A DNA stretch of 33,911 nt from Candidatus Marsarchaeota archaeon (GTDB taxonomy: Archaea; Micrarchaeota; Micrarchaeia; Micrarchaeales; CABMGC01): assembly GCA_023379075.1 (NCBI GenBank), contig JAMCSO010000041.1, forward strand, positions 1-33,911, in the 5' to 3' direction. This document shows positions 1 to 8,882 of this stretch, piece by piece (the first letter of the stretch is position 1; each line of letters starts with the position of its first letter). The position numbers were made by a program, and so were the translations under genes. The notes beneath the pieces were generated by a model. The model searched no databases. It saw nothing but the letters and a program-made list of their open reading frames with translations, and was not told the origin of the DNA.

Positions 1-1100
1 GAGAAGAAAAGTATTAAAAATAACAAAAGATTAGAAATTGAATGGTTTTTCATCACTCTCCCGATAATAATCTTTCATTATAATAGGAACCGATAGATTA
101 TAAATCTAATGTTCGATGAACTCTAGGGCTCTGTCTACATATACGGTTGATCAATAACGTCAAATAAGAATAGGCATCCTGAGTTGCCTGTTTTATCAGA
201 TATCTCAACCTGCTTTCCTCGTTTTTACATCCATAATACTCGATAAGGCCTGCCTTCTCGGCAGGAGTCATCCCGATCGTCATGTGCCTCCTGATAAAGT
301 TGTAATAAATCTCTAAGAATCTCAGTTCCCACCTGCCTGTCACGATTCCTCTGTATCCTCGTCTTTTGTGAGTCAGACTTCTGATTGTATTGTTGAGTCT
401 CTCAATAAGGTTATTATTCTTCTTGTCCTCGAAGTTTGCACAGCGATGGTAGTTGTGCCTGTACCACCAGTGCCCGAACCTTCTTCTTATTACGCCGCCA
501 TATGCGAATGCACCATCAGTAGTGACCTCTAGTGGTGATGGGGACTCATTCAACAACTGATATGCATACTTCTTTGTCCTGTCTCTAGACAGGATCATTG
601 TGGCGAACCTTGTATCTCTACATATCGACGCCCAAACGTAGTAGAATGTACCGCACATCTTGAGGAAAAGTTCGTCCATATGCAGCATATCCGTGAAATT
701 TTGCCTGAATCTTTCTACATATTTATCCAATAACCTGGCATATTCTAAGAACCACCTAAATACAGTCTCCTTTGCAATGCCTAGGAACTGCGATATAAAC
801 CTCAGTGTGTTCCCTATAACAAACAACTCTAGTGCGTCTAATATCGTCTTTACCGACTTATGTTTCCACTTGAATCCCTCGTCATCGCAGAATGTCCCAT
901 GGCACTCTTTACACTGATATCTCTGTATTCTTCCACGTTCCTTTGTCTTTCTCCTACCAAACTTTACTATATATTTGGATTCACAGTATATACAGATGCG
1001 CATCATTTTGGTCGCCAAAACCTCTATGATGCCATCTTTTATATTTGTATCAACCGTATTTAGAACCAGAATCCTTCTTGGAAAACTTGCCTGAAAATGT
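1..1100 (-). mobile_element. IS6-family insertion sequence (boundaries unresolved; may extend past the window start)
   Basis: Contains the DDE transposase ORF 98..1018. I could not find convincing terminal inverted repeats by eye between 1..97 and 1019..1300, so the ends are approximate. Confidence 0.4.
98..1018 (-). CDS. IS6-family (IS240-type DDE) transposase with N-terminal zinc finger
   Basis: 306-aa ORF, ATG start, TAA stop. N-terminal CIYC...CKEC zinc-finger pairs. DDE-like contexts are HMDELF, VTTDGAFAY and NNLIERLNNTIR. The C-terminal YNFIRRH motif is typical of IS6/IS26-like transposases. Confidence 0.8.
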   Translation of the reverse strand: MATKMMRICIYCESKYIVKFGRRKTKERGRIQRYQCKECHGTFCDDEGFKWKHKSVKTILDALELFVIGNTLRFISQFLGIAKETVFRWFLEYARLLDKYVERFRQNFTDMLHMDELFLKMCGTFYYVWASICRDTRFATMILSRDRTKKYAYQLLNESPSPLEVTTDGAFAYGGVIRRRFGHWWYRHNYHRCANFEDKKNNNLIERLNNTIRSLTHKRRGYRGIVTGRWELRFLEIYYNFIRRHMTIGMTPAEKAGLIEYYGCKNEESRLRYLIKQATQDAYSYLTLLINRICRQSPRVHRTLDL

Positions 1101-1579
1101 GCGTATTCTCCTTTTCACCGGTCTGAAACCTATGTCAATCAGTCTCTTATATTTCGATTCCACATTCTTTCCATCCAGGTCGCAAAATCGAGATGGAATG
1201 GGGTGCTTAACCCCTGCACTCTCTATTGGAAGTAATAATTTCTACAGAGCCCGTGTGCAGTATGGCTAATTTTGGCGTGACATCTTACCACCCGTAAATG
1301 ATGTGGGCTTCCTGAACTAAACAATGATGATATTGTGGTTGAGAGAATTTATATGCCTTGCGAGCAAAGTCATACTGTACGCTGGGACACAGCAGAATCC
1401 GAAAGGATAAATTTCGTGGATGGGAACGTAAGATGTGGAATCGAACCATGCAAATCCAATGAAGCGAGAACATACCAAACTAAACAGAGATATGATGTCA
1501 TGGCTTCGAGGATATATGGGGTGTCCTGCTTATCTGCGGTTCGCTTTCATCCCACATCTGAAGAGTATGGGATTTCCCC

Positions 1580-3763
1580 TCACTTTGTTAATTTGGATAA
1601 AGTAATGTTCCTGAAGGCAAGTGTCTGCGAATCCTGATTGCTATTATTAATCACTATAGTCAGATTATTATATCCGGATCTTACTGGGATCTCAGTAGTG
1701 TATTTGGTAGATAGGACATTTACTCTTTGATTGGAAGTTAGGATGCCATTGTTGTATATTGATATTGTAGAGTTGTCCAGTGAGAGAATACTGGAGTTCA
1801 TAATTATCGGGTCGTTTGTAGGGGAGTATATGGATATTGAGCTTCCGCTTGCCACCCACCAAAATCCAGACTCGTTAAGACAATTGCTGCAGACAGCGAA
1901 TTCTGGAACCCATTCTCCTGATATGAATGCAGTGATGTTTGAAGGCGGTTGTTGGGTATGCACCTTCTCTGGAACCTTGAATAGAATTGTAGAGTTGCCT
2001 GTGTATATTGGGCTGCCTAACATATTTGAGAGCGTCGATGTCAGATTCTTAAGTACCGTTGCATTATATAAATTACTGAGGACTGAGATATAACTGATGT
2101 TGTATCTTGAGAGAAGGATGAGTGTTGGTTTTGTGAGATTCTCTTTTATTGGATATGAACCATAGCTAGATAAATTTTCAATAGAGTATGTAGAAACGAG
2201 CGGGATGGAGTATATATAAAAGTCTTGGAGGGGTGTGCTTCTGGTAGTGTACCCACCAATTATTGGCACATTAAATTCTGTTTGATAGTACATAGCAATG
2301 GCTGATTGGTAAGATTGATCCGGAGCAGTGGGTAAGAATAAGACAGAGGAGTTGATGGTGTGATTCATTAGAGAGTATGCTTCAGGTATTGCTGTATTCG
2401 TATAAAAAGTATTTGTAAAAGATGAAGTTAACGGGATTCCTGCACATTCGAGCAAGACTATTGAAGAAATAATTGCAGTATATATTGTCTTTTTTTTCAC
2501 GGAATTGACTTTTGATAAGAGACTTCTGAGACCAAAGGCTGCAAGGATTGCTAGGCAGAGAGAAAACATTATATCGAATCTGCCTGGCTCTCTTATGAGA
2601 TTAAATATGGGTATGATTCGATAAAGAATATATGGACCCGGTATCATGGTTACATTGCCATTTATATGTATTAGTGGGCCTAGAGAGAGCATAGCAAATA
2701 TAATTCCGATAGAAGCCCACACCATAGTATTTTTGAACTTCGTTGATTTAATATCAGAGTATATGCCAAATATAGATAAAAGTATAACGGAGTATCCAAT
2801 ATATGAAACGCCTTCCCAATAGAAACCATATGGCATGAGCGTAGGATAATATTTACTGGCCAATTGATTGAAGAGTCCATTAAAATAACTTGGAAGGAAA
2901 AAAGAAAGCAAATCATTACTCCACGCTTCATTAGCACTAAGGCTTGAGGAAGTTGCTGCAAGAGAAAGTGAATTGCTATGTATTATGCCGTTTATTAATG
3001 GAAATATAAATGGGAGCCCGATTAAAAAGGACAAGAGTAGTATCTCAAAGATTATGGAGATTGTTTTGAGGTTAATTAACTTTCTTGAAGAGCTGAAGTA
3101 TGTAAAGTAGCAGAATAGCAGCACGAAAAGGAATAGCATTATGCCTTGTTCTATGTCACCCATAAAAGATGCCAGAACTAGAGAAAATGCTGCCAGCACG
3201 ATGTATCGCAGCTTTCGTCTCTTTATTGAGAGAAGGAAAGATAGGATAAATAACGGGATCCATTCGGTTGAAGTAAAATTCAAGAATATGAATGAATGGG
3301 CTATGTTAACTGCGCTAAAGGAGAAGATTGCGCCTGCGATGAAGGATGCGTATGTATCTTCAGTCAGATGCATGGCAAGCAGATACATAAAGAATGCGGA
3401 GAGGAGAAAGCCCAAAATAAATATTACATTATATGAGAAAGTAAGGCTTATTTGCTGAAATGGAAAAGAAATTAGGCTTGATATTGGTGAGTCTAAATAA
3501 TTATAAGAAAAATTTGCTCCGTATGGATAATACAAGAAATTTGTTGTATACGGGGAGCTGTGAAGAGTGAATATAGAATAACCAGGCCACCAAAGGAACC
3601 ATAAGAACTGATACGGATCTCCAGTGCCGTTTATGTGGGCAAATACATGCGTTATGTTTGCAAATATGGGCCATGACACAAGTATCGTTAGCAATAAGTA
3701 AAGAGTTAGTACGAGCACTTCTTTCTTTGTAATCTTAGGAAATATGTATTGCATCGTCTTCAC
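1580..3763 (-). CDS. Polytopic GT-C-like membrane glycosyltransferase candidate with a sequon-rich extracytoplasmic C-terminal domain
   Basis: 727-aa ORF (GTG at 3763, alternative ATG at 3754). The first ~450 aa hold more than 10 hydrophobic helices, with an acidic/aromatic first loop (GTGDPYQFLWFLWWPGY) as in GT-C/YfhO/PMT-like enzymes. The last ~280 aa are soluble-looking with about 15 N-x-S/T sequons. No WWDYG motif, so not a classical AglB. Function is inferred. Confidence 0.5.
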   Translation of the reverse strand: MKTMQYIFPKITKKEVLVLTLYLLLTILVSWPIFANITHVFAHINGTGDPYQFLWFLWWPGYSIFTLHSSPYTTNFLYYPYGANFSYNYLDSPISSLISFPFQQISLTFSYNVIFILGFLLSAFFMYLLAMHLTEDTYASFIAGAIFSFSAVNIAHSFIFLNFTSTEWIPLFILSFLLSIKRRKLRYIVLAAFSLVLASFMGDIEQGIMLFLFVLLFCYFTYFSSSRKLINLKTISIIFEILLLSFLIGLPFIFPLINGIIHSNSLSLAATSSSLSANEAWSNDLLSFFLPSYFNGLFNQLASKYYPTLMPYGFYWEGVSYIGYSVILLSIFGIYSDIKSTKFKNTMVWASIGIIFAMLSLGPLIHINGNVTMIPGPYILYRIIPIFNLIREPGRFDIMFSLCLAILAAFGLRSLLSKVNSVKKKTIYTAIISSIVLLECAGIPLTSSFTNTFYTNTAIPEAYSLMNHTINSSVLFLPTAPDQSYQSAIAMYYQTEFNVPIIGGYTTRSTPLQDFYIYSIPLVSTYSIENLSSYGSYPIKENLTKPTLILLSRYNISYISVLSNLYNATVLKNLTSTLSNMLGSPIYTGNSTILFKVPEKVHTQQPPSNITAFISGEWVPEFAVCSNCLNESGFWWVASGSSISIYSPTNDPIIMNSSILSLDNSTISIYNNGILTSNQRVNVLSTKYTTEIPVRSGYNNLTIVINNSNQDSQTLAFRNITLSKLTK

Positions 3764-3789
3764 TGTGAGGGTGTTCTGTGAATTTGTTA

Positions 3790-4482
3790 TTAGTCATTCT
3801 TCACACGTAATCTTAATCTTAATGCTGCATTTATGAAATAGATCACATCTGAGAGATGAACGTTGCTTTGCGGCTGCTCATCCCAAGAGATGGGAAACTC
3901 TCTGACTTTAATACCGTCTCTCTGAGCCAGTATTATTAGCTCTGTGTCAAAGAACCAGTGGTCATCTTTTACCTTTTTTATATATGTTTTTATAAATCCT
4001 GAGGACCAGAACTTGAAGCCGCACTGATGGTCTTTAACTTTAGATTGAAAGAGAAGTGCAATTAACCAGTTGTATGATAAGCTAGCAAATAATCTCAGAA
4101 TACTTCTATTAGCATCCGATCCTTTAATATAACGTGATCCTGTTACAAAAACCTCCCCATTATCAACTAGAGCAAGGGCTTTGTTAAGATATCTTGCAGG
4201 AACTGCCATGTCAATATCCAAGCACCCTATGATATTGCCTTTAGCAAGCGTTATGGCTTTTTTTATTGCTTTCCCTTTCCCGAGCCTATGCTTTGATGTC
4301 ATTAACCGTACGTTGGGCATCTTCGATTTTTCCCTGCAGACAGTGAGGGAATTATCTGTGGAACCATCCTCTGCCAGTATTATCTCGAAATTGCCGAGCT
4401 TTTTGGCTTCTTTGTAAATAAGGTCGAAATTCTTCTTAAGGTTGCCTTCTTCATTATGTACTGGCAGGATTAAAGAAAGCAT
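3790..4482 (-). CDS. GT2-family glycosyltransferase (dolichyl-phosphate sugar synthase-like)
   Basis: N-terminus MLSLILPVHNEEGNL and ILAEDGSTDNS (DxD-type) are typical of GT-A fold GT2 / DPM1-like enzymes. The ORF track starts at TTG 4521; ATG 4482 is preferred. Confidence 0.75.
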   Translation of the reverse strand: MLSLILPVHNEEGNLKKNFDLIYKEAKKLGNFEIILAEDGSTDNSLTVCREKSKMPNVRLMTSKHRLGKGKAIKKAITLAKGNIIGCLDIDMAVPARYLNKALALVDNGEVFVTGSRYIKGSDANRSILRLFASLSYNWLIALLFQSKVKDHQCGFKFWSSGFIKTYIKKVKDDHWFFDTELIILAQRDGIKVREFPISWDEQPQSNVHLSDVIYFINAALRLRLRVKND

Positions 4483-4504
4483 AGTACCATCAACATGCAC
4501 TGAA

Positions 4505-5413
4505 TCATTTAACTGAGGCAATTATACCATCAATTATGCCGTTCACGCCTATTCCGCCTGTCGACCTTACAGCTATCCTGTGGCTGAGGACGGGTCTTGC
4601 AAGGAACTTTATATCATCGATGCTCACTTCCTTTCTGTCTTCTATCAGTGCTTTGGCTTTGGCTGCCTGCATGAAAGATATATCGGCCCTGGGGCTTGCG
4701 CCCATTGTTGTATGGATCTCTTTTCGCGTTGCTCCGACTACTTTTGTTATGTATTGTACAACATTATCAGGCATAACAATGCCTTTGGCTGCCTGCTGCA
4801 TTGATAGAATATCGTTTGTGGAGATGACCTTCTTGGTCTCAACATTCTCCTCGCGCTCCTTTATCCTCAGCATCTCTTGCTCCTCTCCCATGCTTGGATA
4901 ATCCACGTCTATCTTCAAGAGAAATCTGTCACTAAGCACCTTTGGCAATGGCTCTGTCCCTTCTATCTTCAGGGGATTCTGTGTTGCAAATGTTGTAAAA
5001 GGAGATGGAAGCCCGATATTCTCTCCTCCAACAGTGACCTGGCGCTCCTCGAGCGTCTCAAGTAGACCACTCATCGTCTTCGGAGAAGACCTGTTGAGCT
5101 CATCTATCAATAGGATATTTGTAAAGATCGGGCCTTTGTTGAACTTGAGATTTCCGGAAGGGTCTTCAGAGACATATCCGACAATATCCTTTGTTTGCAG
5201 ATCGGATGTTCCTTGGATTCTCTTGAAGTCTGCCTGTATGGTCTCTGCAAGGGTCTTTGTCATTGTTGTCTTGGCGACCCCAGGAACCCCTTCGAGCAAG
5301 GCATGTCCATTTGCCACCAGGGTTATGAAAAGAAGCTCTATGACATCTTTTTTGCCAGATATGTGCTTCTTGACTTCTTCGGAAACTGCGAGATAAGCCT
5401 GATGCGCATCCAA
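4505..5413 (-). CDS. MoxR-type AAA+ ATPase
   Basis: GHALLEGVPGVAKTTMTKTLA (Walker A), LLIDELNRSSPKT (Walker B) and ATQNP sensor-1 context. 302 aa, TTG start, TGA stop. Confidence 0.85.
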   Translation of the reverse strand: MDAHQAYLAVSEEVKKHISGKKDVIELLFITLVANGHALLEGVPGVAKTTMTKTLAETIQADFKRIQGTSDLQTKDIVGYVSEDPSGNLKFNKGPIFTNILLIDELNRSSPKTMSGLLETLEERQVTVGGENIGLPSPFTTFATQNPLKIEGTEPLPKVLSDRFLLKIDVDYPSMGEEQEMLRIKEREENVETKKVISTNDILSMQQAAKGIVMPDNVVQYITKVVGATRKEIHTTMGASPRADISFMQAAKAKALIEDRKEVSIDDIKFLARPVLSHRIAVRSTGGIGVNGIIDGIIASVK

Positions 5414-5520
5414 TAGAACACCATATCTAATAAAAACTTTAATCGTACCTATTTAATAATATTATCATGATGAATATATTAATATTAGATTAAATATTCA
5501 GTTTATACCTGGGTGCAGAA

Positions 5521-5859
5521 ATGATAGGCAAAGGAACATCCGAAAAGAGGCTCGTCTCAATACCAGAGGCTCTCGAGATACTTGAAGGCAGGAGGAAGGA
5601 GGGAGAGCTTGGCTATGAGCAGGAGCTTGCTTATGAGTATGCAAAGAAGTTCTCCAAGATAGATGTGAAGGATTCGGTTAAAATGAGGAAAGATCTTGAA
5701 GAGCTTGGATTTACGGAAAAGGCAGCTATAAAGATAGTAGATATCATGCCTTTGGACATTATGCAGCTCAGGCAGACATTGATAATAGAAAGGAAGACAT
5801 TCGCAGATGATTTATTGGAAAAGGCGATGGAGGTCGTCGAGAAGCACAGAGGTAAATAG
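5521..5859 (+). CDS. rpoF: DNA-directed RNA polymerase subunit F (Rpo4)
   Basis: 112 aa. The N-terminal pattern (..VSIPEALEILE...ELGYEQELAYEYAKKF) and size match archaeal RpoF. It is followed by the DUF655 gene, as in many archaea. TAG stop. Confidence 0.8.
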   Translation: MIGKGTSEKRLVSIPEALEILEGRRKEGELGYEQELAYEYAKKFSKIDVKDSVKMRKDLEELGFTEKAAIKIVDIMPLDIMQLRQTLIIERKTFADDLLEKAMEVVEKHRGK

Positions 5860-5881
5860 ATGTTTAAGCAGTGGAGGAATT

Positions 5882-6466
5882 ATGCAGGAAAGAACGCAAA
5901 GAAGAGAAGAATTGGAAGAATATGCAATAGTTCTTGATTACTTACCTACTGGAAAGTCTTATTCTGTAAAGCCGGAGCCTCTTGTTCAACTCATTGGAGA
6001 GAACAAATTCACACTTTTGGAAGCTGTTGCGAAGGATGTTGAGATAAAGGTTGGAGAGAGAGTTTACATAGGCAGGGAAGAGCGCGATAAGATACTGCTC
6101 ATAAAGGGAAGGCTCTCTTACAACGACCTCACTGAAGGCGCGAAGAAGGAGCTGCAGGATGCGATTTATAAGATAATAAAGTCAAATGAGAAGAAGTTTG
6201 TTGAATTATTCAATAATGCCTCGTCATTGAATATAAGGATGCATTCGCTTGAGCTTCTTCCAGGGATCGGAAAGAGGCACCTGACAGCGATACTTGATGC
6301 CAGAGAGGAGAAGAAGTTCGAATCATTTGAGGATATCACAAACAGGGTGCAGCTACTTCAGGACCCTATAAAATTGCTTGTGGACAGAGTCATAATGGAG
6401 CTAAAGGGAGATAGCAGATTCTTCATGCTCACAAAACCACTGTCACAACAGCCATACAGGCAATAA
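5882..6466 (+). CDS. DUF655 / COG1491 OB-fold plus HhH nucleic-acid-binding protein
   Basis: Starts at internal ATG 5882 (MQERTQRREELEEYAIVLDYLPTGK...). Carries the LELLPGIGKRH helix-hairpin-helix signature. Conserved neighbour of rpoF. Confidence 0.75.
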   Translation: MQERTQRREELEEYAIVLDYLPTGKSYSVKPEPLVQLIGENKFTLLEAVAKDVEIKVGERVYIGREERDKILLIKGRLSYNDLTEGAKKELQDAIYKIIKSNEKKFVELFNNASSLNIRMHSLELLPGIGKRHLTAILDAREEKKFESFEDITNRVQLLQDPIKLLVDRVIMELKGDSRFFMLTKPLSQQPYRQ

Positions 6467-6537
6467 GCTCTCTGTGGCGTCCTCCTGCCAGCTAACATTC
6501 TGGGCTTCTGCATTCAATTAAGAATTAGAATAATGCT

Positions 6538-6831
6538 TCACTTGCCTGCTCTTTCAAGATGAAGCTGAGGCACTATCAGTTTTCTCTTCATTGATTTTGA
6601 TACATAGAGCTCAACAACGTAAGAATCTCCTCTTTTCTCTGTAACTACCGCAGTCTTGCCTCTGTATCTTGGATGTGGTATATTCTTGAAGTTGCTTTTT
6701 GGTACTATTATAACCTTCTCCCCTATCTCAAAATTCTTTATTATATTGCTTATGCTAAGCTTTGAAGGCTTGTGATGCCTGGCGAGATGCCTTGTCCTGC
6801 CCACAAATAAACCATGAGATCGCTCTGTCAT
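6538..6831 (-). CDS. rpl21e: 50S ribosomal protein L21e
   Basis: MTERSHGLFVGRTRHL...HPRYRGKTAVV pattern typical of L21e. The ORF track start is GTG 6840; ATG 6831 is preferred. Confidence 0.85.
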   Translation of the reverse strand: MTERSHGLFVGRTRHLARHHKPSKLSISNIIKNFEIGEKVIIVPKSNFKNIPHPRYRGKTAVVTEKRGDSYVVELYVSKSMKRKLIVPQLHLERAGK

Positions 6832-6911
6832 TCTAACCACTAGATGTTATAAATTTATAATATTCTTGTTCTAAATGAATATAAGCTTTTCGCACAGCAA
6901 CGGCTCCACGT

Positions 6912-7592
6912 ATGGTGTATAAAATTACCGAATTTAAGATATCAGACATGTATAAAGAGCTTAGGGTCAGCTTTGGCTATATGAACTGGTGGCCCGGGGA
7001 GAGCAATGAAGAGATAGTCATAGGTGCGATATTAACCCAGCAGGCCTCGTGGAAGAATGTTGAAAAGGCAATAAGAATGCTCAAGAAAAGGAAGATGCTT
7101 GGGCTCAGAGAACTTTCAGAGAGTAGTATAGAAGAGATAGAGGATGCGATAAAGGCATCGGGATTTTACAGAAAGAAAGCGGCTAGGCTCAAGAGGATTT
7201 CCACATATATTATTAATAGATATGGCAGCCTTGGCGCATTTTTTGATAATGACAGGGATAAGCTGAGAAAGGAACTTCTGGCCATGGAAGGCATAGGCAT
7301 GGAGACTGCCGATGCGATACTTCTTTACGCTGCTAACAAGAGGATCTTTGTTGTAGACGCATATACAAGAAGAATAATGGGCAGGGTGTATGGAATAGAT
7401 CCGAAGATAGGGTATGAAGAACTTAGGAAGATTATGGAAAATGGAGCTAAGAGGGATATACGAGTATATAAAGATTTCCATGCTCAGATTGTCGAATTAT
7501 GCAAAAGGAATTGCAGGAAGCTCCCGTTGTGCGGTGGGTGCCCATTAAAAAGTAGATGCAATCTTGCACGTTCTGTCGAAGGCACAGGATAA
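6912..7592 (+). CDS. Endonuclease III-related HhH-GPD family protein with C-terminal Fe-S Cys cluster
   Basis: ILTQQASW, LLAMEGIGMETADAILLYA (HhH), VVDAYTRR and the C-terminal CKRNCRKLPLCGGCPLKSRC cluster. Confidence 0.75.
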   Translation: MVYKITEFKISDMYKELRVSFGYMNWWPGESNEEIVIGAILTQQASWKNVEKAIRMLKKRKMLGLRELSESSIEEIEDAIKASGFYRKKAARLKRISTYIINRYGSLGAFFDNDRDKLRKELLAMEGIGMETADAILLYAANKRIFVVDAYTRRIMGRVYGIDPKIGYEELRKIMENGAKRDIRVYKDFHAQIVELCKRNCRKLPLCGGCPLKSRCNLARSVEGTG

Positions 7593-7629
7593 GATTAAAT
7601 ATTAACACGAAAATGTTAATCTGATATTT

Positions 7630-8652
7630 ATGAACTTCAAAGAGTACATAGAACTTCATAGGAATGAAGTCCATTCAAAGATCTGCGAATATGTTAAGAT
7701 AAAAGATCCTATCGAGCATTATAAGATGGTGAGGGATTACATAGACAGGCAGGGAAGCTATAGACGGCCCGGACTTCTTATGCTGAGCGGAGAGGTTTTC
7801 GGGGCAAATAAGGAAGAGCTTATCACTCCGGCAGCTGCCATGCAGCTATCCGAGGATTGGATACTGGTGCATGATGACGCAGAGGATGATTCTGAGCTGA
7901 GAAGAGGGAAGGCTGCGCTGCATAGAATGTATGGTATAGAGCAAGCGATAAATGTTGGGGATGCGGGCCACGCTGCAATGTGGAGGATGGTCAAGGACCA
8001 CCTTCTAAGCGCCGGCATAGAGAAAGGCAATAGGTTCTATGAAAAGTTCTATGATATGATAGAGTATACGGTGGAAGGCCAGTACATAGACACTAATTTC
8101 TTTGTCAACATACGCGACCTGAAGAAAGCATCAGAAGATCTTTATTTCAGGATAGTGGAAAGCAAGACATGCTATTACTCTGTTTATGGGCCTCTGCAGC
8201 TCGGCGCAATAGTTGCGAATGCTGACCAGAAGACTATGGATATGCTAAAAGATATAGGAGCGCCAGCAGGGAGGGCATTCCAAATAATAGACGACGTCCT
8301 AGATATGACTGCAGACGAGAAGCTCTTCGGCAAGAAGAATTATGGCGATCTTTATGAAGGCAAGCTAACACTTATCATTCTCAATACATACAAAAATTCT
8401 ACAGAGGCAGAAAAGGCAAGAATAGATAGGATATACAAGAAGAGAAGGAAAGAGAGGACAGATGAGGAGGTTGGCTTCCTGATTGAGATTATAGACAAAT
8501 ATGATGGCATTGAGTATGCAAAGAGCAGGGCTAAGGCATATGGAGAAGAAGCCAAAGGCCTAATAGAGAAATACAAAGACGCACTTCCGAACAATGAGTA
8601 CACGGAAACCATGCTCTCCGCTGTAGAAGAACTTTATATGAGAAAGAAATAA
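7630..8652 (+). CDS. idsA: trans-Polyprenyl diphosphate synthase (GGPP synthase-like)
   Basis: First Asp-rich motif LVHDDAEDDSELRRGK and second motif FQIIDDVLD. 340 aa. Product chain length cannot be read from the sequence. Confidence 0.8.
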   Translation: MNFKEYIELHRNEVHSKICEYVKIKDPIEHYKMVRDYIDRQGSYRRPGLLMLSGEVFGANKEELITPAAAMQLSEDWILVHDDAEDDSELRRGKAALHRMYGIEQAINVGDAGHAAMWRMVKDHLLSAGIEKGNRFYEKFYDMIEYTVEGQYIDTNFFVNIRDLKKASEDLYFRIVESKTCYYSVYGPLQLGAIVANADQKTMDMLKDIGAPAGRAFQIIDDVLDMTADEKLFGKKNYGDLYEGKLTLIILNTYKNSTEAEKARIDRIYKKRRKERTDEEVGFLIEIIDKYDGIEYAKSRAKAYGEEAKGLIEKYKDALPNNEYTETMLSAVEELYMRKK

Positions 8653-8653
8653 A

Positions 8654-8768
8654 TGCCAAACAACAATATGCGTTCCCACCCTAAGGCAGTATTTCATATC
8701 GTGAACAGGCTTAGCTTCCGAGTTCGGAATGGGTTCGGGCGTTTCCCTGCTCCTATGGTCGTTTGACA
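8654..8768 (-). rRNA. rrf: 5S ribosomal RNA (stand-alone gene)
   Basis: The reverse complement reads TGTCAAACGACCATAGGAGCAGGGAAACGCCCGAACCCATTCCGAACTCGGAAGCTAAGCCTGTTCACGATATGAAATACTGCCTTAGGGTGGGAACGCATATTGTTGTTTGGCA. It contains the conserved CCCATTCCGAACTCGGAAG(C/T)TAAGC core. Helix I closes with TGTCAAACGAC / GTTGTTTGGCA. T-rich sequence follows the 3' end. Confidence 0.85.
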
Positions 8769-8789
8769 GATATATATTGTCAGGAAAAG

Positions 8790-8798
8790 TTTAAATAA
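8790..8798 (-). promoter_or_regulatory. Candidate TATA box for the 5S rRNA gene
   Basis: On the minus strand, GAAAG-TTATTTAAA is centred about 26 nt upstream of the predicted 5S 5' end (8768), with a purine-rich BRE-like stretch just upstream. Confidence 0.45.
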
Positions 8799-8882
8799 CT
8801 TTCAACAAAAAGAGTGTATATAACAAATCCTTTTTAATTTGAGTAACATATTGCGCTCTTCAGACAACGTTCTGGTATTCGT

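Noticed and set aside
1-1300. Terminal inverted repeats and target-site duplication of the IS
   Set aside because: Only weak direct similarity was seen (CACTCTC...ATAATAAT at about 53-77 and about 1218-1243), and no inverted match of 10 nt or more. The left end may lie outside the window.
1324-1330. ATGATGA as the C box of a C/D-box sRNA
   Set aside because: No matching CTGA D box, C' box or D' box lies at the expected 10-12 nt guide spacing on either strand.
1285-1580. Region as SRP (7S) RNA or RNase P RNA
   Set aside because: I could not find the conserved helix-8 GGAA/AGCA loop pattern of SRP RNA or the AGGAAAGTCC-type CR-I motif of RNase P RNA. At about 300 nt, length is the only match.
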